Below the pieces are notes generated by a model. It was not told the origin of the DNA. It did not search any database and was given only the letters and a program-made list of their open reading frames with translations. A stretch of 64,000 bases of DNA, from positions 30,008,001 to 30,072,000 of the forward strand of contig JBITNC010000001.1 of the NCBI GenBank assembly GCA_050084985.1, read 5' to 3'. This stretch comes from Nageia nagi (lineage: Eukaryota > Plantae > Pinophyta). This document shows, piece by piece, positions 56,386 through 64,000 of this stretch. Position 1 is the stretch's first letter; each line of letters starts with the position of its first letter. A program made the position numbers and the translations under genes.

Positions 56386-57020
56386 TATGTGCTTTCCTGC
56401 TTGTCGATTAATTGGGAGGAAAAGGAAAAGTAGGAAAGCTAGGTAGTCGTGCCTGAATAACTTAAGATGGGTAGGGGATACTGAAGCAGAAAGATGAACA
56501 TTCAAGAGGACCACAGTAGAACTGCACTGCGAAGTGAATGGCATTACTTCTTCTGCATATATAATGCATTATGGCATTTTCACATTAAATAGCCACGACT
56601 TGAGCCAGTGGGAAAGGTCGCCGGTGTCGGAAGCTGAAAGCTGGTCCGGCAGATGATTGAAAGGCGAAAACCACTTCCACGTGTTCCACTCAAAGCAGAA
56701 TGTGATGTTGCCTTTGGGTTTTAATGCAGGGACTTAAACCATAGTACGACAATAATAAAGAGGGTTCAAAACATTTTGAATATAAGGCTTTACAGTGTCA
56801 TGGGTTGAGTTGGTAAAACATGGCTTAGCAAGAGGAGCTTGTATTATCTAATCTGGATAATGCGGCTCATAAAAGAAATGGTCCACTGCAAGTATTATTG
56901 GTGTGCAAAATTTAGTGAAATGATGTGACCGTGGGGCTTACAACGCATACGGTATTTAAGAGTAACGGTAAATATGTTGGGTGGTCGTCGCACCTGTCCC
57001 TTCATGAATATTCTGACAAA
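56386..57020 (-). promoter_or_regulatory. 5' leader and proximal promoter of the intact MYB gene
   Basis: TATA-like TATATAT at ~56557-56563, G-box CACGTG at 56678-56683, CCGAC core at 56626-56630. CpG is retained relative to the flanks, and two blocks recur at 29440-29590. Confidence 0.55.
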
Positions 57021-57805
57021 TTTCCTTTAAATTTATTTTAAATATATTATTGATAGAGGAGAGTATACACTAGTGGTGTACTTTAACTTTACATTTCTTA
57101 AATTCTGAATAAATAAAGTTGAATAATTTTAAATTTTTTAAAGTTTCTTCTCTTTTAATTGTTTGTTTATAACTAAAGTTTCGAATCATCATAATTGAAT
57201 TTGATAGGTTAATAAATGTGATGTAGCGTTTAACTACTATTACAAGTATAATTGATGATGGGGGGTTGTAATTCACATCTCGGGTATGAATTTAGAAAAA
57301 TGTTGTTTTGGATAGTTTGTACGATGACACATAATTAACCTAGCAAATTTGGTGATAATTATGTGAAACCTTAGTTATAAGCAAACAACTAAGTGAAGAA
57401 GAAGCTGCAAAAAATTTAGAGTGATTCAACTTTATTAAATCGAGTTTAAGAGGTGTGAAGTTAGGGTACACAATTACTAAATCCTTTCCCCTATAGCTAA
57501 CATAGTCAACAAATCAATATTTCAATTACCAATTGAACTATATAGACAATATTATCAATAATCAATAAAATGTTGATTTTACTCCATTTTTATCTATTAT
57601 ACTATAGATACAAGCACTTTTATAAAGTTATTTATCTATATCTTTAAATGTTTCTTCTTTCTTTAGTTTTACTTCCAATTGTATTGAATTCATTCTGTAA
57701 TGAACAAGAATGTATGCATTATACCCTAGCCATTTTATCATGTGCAAATGATAGTCACGTTTTACCTAAGTTTATGATCTTATCAAGTTTTCTTTACCTA
57801 CAGTT

Positions 57806-57839
<34 letters not shown>

Positions 57840-57875
57840 AATTATTATATATATATTAATATATATAATTTATAA
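57806..57875. repeat. (AT)n microsatellite
   Basis: Interrupted TATATA run. Confidence 0.8.
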
Positions 57876-58699
57876 TATTATAAAGTGTAGAATACATTGG
57901 TATTAAAATTAAATCAAAGGTAGAAATAGTAAGAATTCATGATAGTTAAAAATAATATATCTTTTACTTTAGTTTCAATATTTTAAGATTAATATTTCTC
58001 ATCTTATTTTTTGATAGTTTAACACCTTTATCTACAATCTTTCAATTTCAACGCTACCAAAACACTTCAAGGTATGTGGTATTAAATCTTTCAACTAAAA
58101 TATTTTAGTATTGAATTGAACATGTAATTTTATTATATATATATTTTAAAATATTTCAAAAAAGAAAAACATAATGAACTATTCAATCAATTTTCAAATT
58201 AAATAAAGGACAATATGCAAGAATCCCCAATAACCTAAGTAATCATAAAATAATTTAAGATAATAAAGTGAAAGCACATATGCATTAATTTTTTAGAACA
58301 TTAGATAAGGATAAGAATGAGAAGGAATAATACAATAAAAGAGAACATTTCATAGGGAATGGGTAAATAAGTTTCAGTGGTTGAATCATTATGAGAAGGA
58401 TAACAAAAATTTCATGAAATGTGATTATTATGTGAAGTATAAGAAGGTTGAACCATTGGGTGTAGGTGGAGGATGTACCATGATTCAACATGATGCTCTT
58501 ATGACACATAAAAATTTAAAATACATAAAGAAGTTGAAATAACATGGTTTAATGCTAGAGATAAAAAAAAAAAACTAAGATTCATTCCTAAGCATATAGT
58601 AGAGATTCAATAAACTAACAAAAATAGAGTTATTTCTACCATGATAATATTTTCCAATATGACTTATCATTACCAAAATTTGAAAATATTTGCATGTTT

Positions 58700-58886
58700 T
58701 AGTAGATTAAGCAATACCAAATATGCCAAAATCTAAGGGATAGTCTTCATATACAATTCATCCTACTGCAACTAAATTTTTATTTAGTATCTCAAAGTAT
58801 CTTGAAAAGATACAATTGGATAATATCTTAAAGAGCCCCTACTTCTCATCGATGTTGGATGAAAGTACAAATCGATGCTTAGAATT
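58700..58886 (+). mobile_element. hAT-type transposase fragment
   Basis: Translates as KFLFSISKYLEKIQLDNILKSPYFSSMLDESTNRCLE, resembling the hAT/ZNF862-like FSxxxDEST catalytic-Asp motif. Confidence 0.6.
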
Positions 58887-59170
58887 CACTACTATATTTT
58901 AGCCCTTTTTATTGAAACATGCATCATAAAATAGTTATTTGATGTCATGATGCATATTACATCATCATCTGGTATGTTTGCATCAAATGATATCAAACTA
59001 GTTTTTATTATGCTTTATGCAACTTTTTATTTGATGCTTTGGTCGATGCTTTTTTACTTATAAAATTGATATTTTATTTGACTTTCAACGTGACTCTTTA
59101 TTTGATGATTTTTAGTCTAAATTTAATGTTTTATTTGATGTTTTATGTGGCATTTTATTTGATGTTGTAT
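58887..59170 (+). mobile_element. Possible CACTA element terminus
   Basis: CACTACTATA begins exactly where the hAT reading stops and is followed by many (A)TTTGATG subterminal-like repeats. The partner end was not found. Confidence 0.4.
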
Positions 59171-60169
59171 TATGTATAATTATGGATTTTCTTCATGATT
59201 TGCATATCTAGATTACATAAATTTATGATTTTTGTTCTAATATAGAAGAGTCTATATCTTGACATGGTGTTGGATTTTTTGCAGAATAGGGGGGCGAGGA
59301 TGCATAGTGGTGATAGAGGTAGTTCATGTTTTGCTTGCAAGGTTAGTGCTTATGATTCCTAAGGAAAATCTTATGGGAGACTATCCCATATATTTATTTT
59401 TATGACATCCATCATTTCACCAAAGATCAAATCATTAGGAAGCTGCAATCATGTAGTTTGGGAAGACCAAGTGGTAATTTATGGTAAAGATTAGCTTAAT
59501 TAGTAGAATAATACAACAGAATATGCCATAACAAATTATATGTTAATAAGGGATGTTGTTGATCATATGTTAATTTTCAATGGTTTATCTTTGTAAATAT
59601 TTAAAATGAAAATGTAATCTGCAAATTATATAACATCCATAAAAATATTGTAATTAAAATATATATTGCTTAATTCATCAAATTTAATATTTTAATCATC
59701 ATTATCTTCTTCATCAATAAGACGTATAACATGTTTTCCCCTAGGATCATAATCAATTAGAAACCACATATTTTTATCCAATACATTTGGAAAAAAACTA
59801 TTTGATTGCAATGTTGTGGTAAAACATAAGATTTATTTTCTTAAGGTAAATATCGTGTGGAGTTGATTGCATAATAACCACTAGGAATATCATGCAAAAT
59901 TGTTTTTCTATTTACAAATCTTTCAAACCATTTATATTTAAATACTACACACTTGAATGATCTAAAATTCAATTGTAAGATTTCTTAAATTTTTCCAACA
60001 TATTGCATTTTTCCTTCTATCAAGTGTTTTTTTTTATACTTGCATAACTTTCTTGATCGAAATCAACCATCACTCCATAGTCAAATGTTATTTTATTCTT
60101 ATCTTTTTTCTCAATTCTGAAGTGTTGACCATATGCCCCTATTATAGAGAAAGATAATACCCACACAGA

Positions 60170-60590
60170 GGGTGTGTGTAAGAAGTTGAGTCCACATAAA
60201 GTGGAAGTTTTAGTACTTAGAAAAATTTCAAAGAAAAGTATTTTTTTTTAATAACATTTTTAATGTTTTGGTAATTTTGAAAAAATAAAATTATATGGGG
60301 GCATGCTAAAGATAATTCTCTATAAAAAAAAATTAAAAATTGAAAAGTTGATAAGTTTAGGTCAAATTATGCATGCCAAATATGAGTATTTTTTGAAACA
60401 ATAATCATGACCAATGTAAAATTCATTAAAATTAAATATTCATAAAATAATTATAAAAGAAATATCTAGGATAACCTTAAATGACTTAGGTATCTTTTCC
60501 CAAATGAATTTTTAAAACTACTTTGATGTAGGTCAAATTATGCTTGCTAGACACGTGCATGGTATGGTCCTAAAATAATATACTTTAAAA
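60170..60590. mobile_element. TIR element, copy D (truncated)
   Basis: Begins GGGTGTGTGTAAGAAGTTGAGTCCACAT; interior GATAAGTTTAGGTCAAATTATGC matches ~6220. Confidence 0.65.
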
Positions 60591-63320
60591 AGGACTAAAT
60601 ATTCTATATTGTGTCTCTTGATTGCTTTGGGCTAATTGAAATAAAGTACTAGATATTCTTCTTAGATATAGCTTATATTAGGTGAAGCACATTATATGCT
60701 TGTATATTCTCTTGGTTATATTTTTTGCTTAAATCTTCTTTTGGTTTTGAATAAAATGATTGCTCAACTTTATTTTTATATATTGAATCCTAACAATTGG
60801 TATCACGGCTTCAAGCATTTAACAAAATGATTTTGAATCATGTAAGGGTAATGTCGAAAAGAAGGGAGGTTTAGGATGGAGACATTTAATGGTTAAAGTT
60901 TTGAGTTTTAAAAGATGCAAATAGAGGCCTAATTGTACTAAAAGGACCTTTATTTAACCCTTGGGAAAAAGGAAAAGAGTAAACCCATATACATGGATGA
61001 TGCAAATTGGGAGATATGGATAGAAAGGCTTTAGGTATGGTGAGATTGTATTTGGGTGCAATTATAGCCTTTAATATATCAAAGGAAAACACTACAAAAG
61101 GGTGTCATAGAAAACTTGGCCAAGATGTATGAGAAAACCCTCAACCTCAAATGAGGTATTTCTTATGAAAAAGTTATTTAATATGTAAATGAGTGAAATA
61201 GGATCCTTTCTAGACCACTTGAATGAGTTTCATACTATTACTGTCCAATTGAATTTAGTGGATTTAGATTTTGATGATGAGATAAGGGTATTACTAATAT
61301 TATGTTCATTTTTGGATAGTTGGAGTAGCTTGGTGATAGTAGTATCAAGTTCTAACAAGCTAGTATTTGATGATGTGGTGGGAATCCATCTCAGTAAGGA
61401 CATGTAGATAAAAACCATGGGGAATCATCTAGGAAATTTGGTGCACTACTTGTTGAGAGGAAGGTAGGATAGAGGGAAAGAGGTAGATATCAAACTCAAG
61501 GGAACCAAGAAGGTGACTTCAAGGGAAAATGTATAGAGTGTTGGTATTATGGGAAGAAGGAACATATCAAGACAGATTATTACACTACAAAGCAAGATGG
61601 GAAAGAAATAAATTTGAATGAAGGTAGTAACCATGAAGCCAACATGGCTGATGAGTTTATTGAGGATTCTTTAATATTAAATTTGGATATACATAATGAT
61701 TATTGGGTTATATATTTGAGTTCTTCTTTTTATGCTACTTCTCATAAGGGTTATTTTATTGAGTATGTTCAAGGAGATTTTAAATAGGTTAAGTTAGATA
61801 ATGATCAACCATGAATGATATTTGTTATAGGGAAGATAATGATCAAACTACCTAATGGTGTAGGTGTTCAAGGAGGTAAGGCATATCCCTTATTTGAAAA
61901 AGAATCTTATGGATTCAAGTCCTACAAGTGGGAATGTAAACAGAGGACATCACAAGTTTGAAGATAAAAGGAAACTAAGGTTTGATAAAAATATAAATGT
62001 TAGAAAGGGTATTTCTAAGGATAAGAAGAAGAATATGTGGATATCAAAGGTACAAGGAAGTTTTGAACATCAAAAAAAAAAATTCAACTAAGGTATGTTG
62101 AAGTATGTGTAAGGGTAATCCAAGATTTCCCCATAGTTTAATATATTTTGTATATTGATGGTGGTGAGTGTTTTATGTAATAGAAATCTGAGTTAGAGCT
62201 TGTTGGTATGGAAAAGGAGGTAAAATCCTTGATGTAAGATAGATGGTATATGGTGAATCTACCCACATGTATAGAAGGTTTGCATGATCTTTATGTATAT
62301 AGAATGGAAATGAAGGAAAAATAATTGTACAAGGAAAGGCTTAGAATTAAAGTATTTGCATAAGGTGGTAGTTTGACCCATGGAGTGGGAGGTGTGGATC
62401 AGTTGAGTTTTATAGAACATCAAGTTTAAAGTTTAACAAGAGGTATGAATTGGTAGAGGTTCATGGTGGGTCTGTTTGGAGGATTTGGTTAAGAAAAGAG
62501 GAATCTAGGGCCCCTCCTATTTTGATTGATCTGAAGGAGTAAGAAGTCAAGATAAGAATATATAGATCCAAGGTTGTAAGGTATTGCAATAATCACTTTC
62601 AAAGTGGGAGATTGTTGTGAATTAGGCTTGATTATTAGACTAAATCATATTTTTTTATTCTCTATTTTCTAATCAACATGCATAGGCCTAGTTGTAGGGC
62701 TAGTTATTCATAAGTGGATGATTAAGAAAATCATCCAAATGATCAGGTTAATTATTTTATTGACCAATTTTTGGATACAATCCTCTAATCAATCATGTTG
62801 CAGGTTAAATTGATAAAAAAATACATTACAAATTGTAGTCATCTTTGAGATGAATGATCTAATATCAAGATCGATCAGATGATGGACGACTACCATTCTA
62901 GAGATCCAAAAGTATAATTTTGGGCTTAAAAACTTACTCATGCTTTGTTCTAAGTTTAGGAATTGATTTTTCTATTAGTAGTAGATTTTTTACATGGTTT
63001 CTTACTCTAGTTAAGAATAAAATTAAGACTGTATGGACTTACAAAAATTGTATGATCTTTTGTAATTGGATTTAGTTGGTTAGTTTTAGAATGGTGAATT
63101 CTTGAAGGAGAGAGTAGACTTTATATATGAGTAAGAAATAGGATAGGAGGTAATTCCTTGAAGAGAGACTTTTGTAGTAAGGATTCCTTGTATAAAAAAA
63201 GAGAAAGGTACATTGATTTGATTTTTTGTTATATTTCTTGGTGGCTTTGGATTGATTGGAATAAAGGATTAGATATTATCCATGGATGTAGCCTAAATTG
63301 AGTGAAACATGTTATATTCA
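60590..63320 (+). mobile_element. Internally deleted Ty1/copia element
   Basis: LTR end CCTAACA then PBS TGGTATCA (~60798); gag (FLDHLNEFHTITVQL, LILCSFLDSWSSL); zinc knuckle remnant at ~61540; VRHIPYLKKNL; PPT AAAGTGGGAGA at ~62601. 63220-63320 resembles 60600-60700. Confidence 0.75.
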
Positions 63321-64000
63321 TAGGGGTTTCACTTGATAAAAAGTCTTCAAGACATGTACATTCATGGGCTTCTTTAAAAATCCCCTATGTTTAAAATTTA
63401 CCACTTTCTCTTTTAATTTATAAAAATTCTTTTTAAAAATTATAGTTTAAAAATAATATTGAGATCACTTGTAGCTTTGAAAAGTAAATAAGGTAAAGGC
63501 TAAAACAATTCACAACAAAAATAGAGAAAGAATTTTCCATTAACAAAATGAAAAATTATAGAAAACTCCAACACTTCATGCTTAAAACTAGTTTCACCCA
63601 TTAAGGGTTCCTTAGTTGGACTATAGGAAGGTGTTGTGAAAGGGGATATAAATAAGTATAAATAAGAAATCACCACCAATAAAAATTCAATAAGTTAGGG
63701 TTTACATGTAAACCTATAATTAATGCTTATAATGCTAGGTGGAATTTTAAAATTCAAAATTCTAATATATACCTAATGTAATGGAATATATTAAATATTA
63801 AAAGAGAATATAGCATGAGATCTTTAGCCAAAAAAGTAAATAAATTCTATATAAAATTTTAAATTTTAAAAGGTCCCCAAGTTAAAATGTAAAAGTATAA
63901 ATAACAAAGGGGGTCCACTAATTAATAATAAAGCTAATTCGCCAAATATATTTTGATAGAATATTTTATATAAATTCTAAATACCCCTAAACCCCATCCC

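Noticed and set aside
56386-56544. 53-aa N-terminal extension from the in-frame ATG at 56544
   Set aside because: That ATG is only ~15 nt from the TATA-like box, so it probably precedes the TSS; MGRAPCC is the conserved MYB start.
57648-57875. Short AT-rich ORFs in the ORF track generally
   Set aside because: Composition-driven (I/F/L/K/Y-rich, often microsatellite-derived), with no motifs or splice context.
63321-64000. TAGGGTTT/CCCTAAA telomere-like motifs
   Set aside because: Isolated single motifs that also occur elsewhere in the window; not an array.

Overview
AT-rich eukaryotic genomic DNA from a plant, probably a large-genome seed plant such as a gymnosperm (inferred only from low GC and heavily decayed retroelements). 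One intact protein-coding gene is present: a 3-exon R2R3-MYB transcription factor of subgroup 9 (MIXTA/MYB17-like) on the minus strand (56385->54782, 354 aa). Two tandem paralogues on the same strand are pseudogenes (31561-32600 and 24990-25465). Each has lost its 5' part next to an LTR element and carries stops and microhomology-bounded deletions. The rest is a transposon graveyard: several Ty1/copia relics, Ty3/gypsy relics including a complete gag-only element with a perfect TSD and a 71-bp higher-order repeat, a LINE, four copies of a ~1-kb TIR element, hAT and CACTA fragments, and local duplications. I cannot support a wholly new biological system. The best leads are the birth-and-death MYB array, CpG-type erosion of one motif codon into three different outcomes, an in-frame copia-MYB chimeric ORF, inverted LTRs able to form a hairpin, and strongly asymmetric CpG decay between the two LTRs of one element. 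All identities and counts were judged by eye.
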